Assembly: GCA_030141605.1 (NCBI GenBank)
Contig: JAQGDQ010002372.1
Span: 761,694-825,693 of the forward strand
Direction of reading: 5' to 3'
Length of the DNA: 64,000 bases
DNA from: Tubiluchus corallicola
Taxonomy: Eukaryota; Animalia; Priapulida
Part shown: positions 61,936 to 64,000 of the stretch, piece after piece
Layout: every line of letters starts with the position of its first letter
How positions within the stretch are numbered: position 1 is the stretch's first letter
Notes under the pieces: generated by a model
Seen by the model: only the letters and a program-made list of their open reading frames with translations
What the model was told of the DNA's origin: nothing
The model's database searches: none
Position numbers and translations under genes: made by a program

Positions 61936-62845
61936 ATACAAAAAAATGTAAAACAAAATTAAAGTAAAATAAATGCAACAAGAGAGGGAGCAAACAAAAA
62001 CTGAAAATAGCTAAATTATAGCTACAGTAAATCTATAACAATAATTAAGTCCCTAAGAACTTTTAAAAATGAGTTTACTGAATAATTTAAATGCAAGATT
62101 TTTTATAAATTATTTACATACCTATAACACGAAATTAAATACTAGAAGTATTTATTTCTGATATGCAACAGTAAACTATCCTATCATTGTAAAGAATTTT
62201 TTGGAATGTTTTTCTATCACAAGTAAGAGATTCTATCACACATTATTATTATTATTATTATGAAAAATTTATAGCAGCTAATAGCTACAATCTATTAATA
62301 TTTCGTTTTGATATATCCTCAGCTCATCCTATTTAAAACAATTTCAGTATTTAAACTCTGTAAAGATAGGAGTAGAGCTGACACACAATACATTGGAGTA
62401 GTTTTGTTGAGACTCAAAAAGCTTGAGATAATGACTGACAAGCACCAGTCTTCTGATAAGAAGCCAGAAACGGGTCAAGAAGCCAGACTAATACTGGTTT
62501 TGCCAACCTAACAAATGAATGCATAGAAATTCGTGTGGGAAATTTGTAGCAGACAACTTAACTGCTTCACAGTCAATTTCCCTAAGAAATGTCTGACAAA
62601 CACATTTTCCAATAGTAAATAATAAACTAGATGCAGTATTCGTGTTGTTTCAAAATTGAGACTGTTTAAATCACTATGTTTATACCACTTAAAAAACGTA
62701 TAAAGAACATTATAAATTACAATATTAAAAAAAGCATTTAAATACCTACTGAAACTCTTCCCAAAAAGTCAAGTTGCAGAAATATGATTAGAAAGTGTGC
62801 CAGCTGTGTTACTGCTCTGCTTAGGCAAGCTTGCTTAAAAAATAT

Positions 62846-63982
<1,137 letters not shown>

Positions 63983-64000
63983 CTATATAGTAAGTTCCTT

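Overview
AT-rich animal (invertebrate-type) genomic DNA with spliceosomal genes, not a prokaryotic window. Five protein-coding loci can be read: (1) a SWEET1/SLC50A1 sugar transporter on the minus strand, running off the left edge; (2) a TPR-repeat Rpl4 assembly chaperone (Acl4-like) on the plus strand, with 10 coding exons at 10602-17758 and no recognisable terminal exon; (3) a single-exon LRR transmembrane protein on the minus strand (19459-22053), antisense and downstream of the last open Acl4 donor; (4) the 3' five exons of CDK5RAP1 (MiaB-type tRNA methylthiotransferase, plus strand, 54292-58588), whose 5' half I cannot find in the window; (5) an intronless mitochondrial L-threonine 3-dehydrogenase (minus strand, 62846-63970). 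About 30 kb (23-54 kb) has no recognisable host exons and holds decayed LINEs, DNA-transposon relics and micro/minisatellites. The most unusual signals are: the two 'half genes' (Acl4 5' part and CDK5RAP1 3' part, phase-compatible across 36.5 kb); a candidate 54-nt AT-AC (U12-type) intron nested inside a GT-AG intron of the Acl4-like gene; a 34-bp minisatellite whose variants read as CpG-deamination products of an absent CGCG; and a 441-bp duplication plus a 29-bp inverted templated insertion. All calls were made by eye without database searches.
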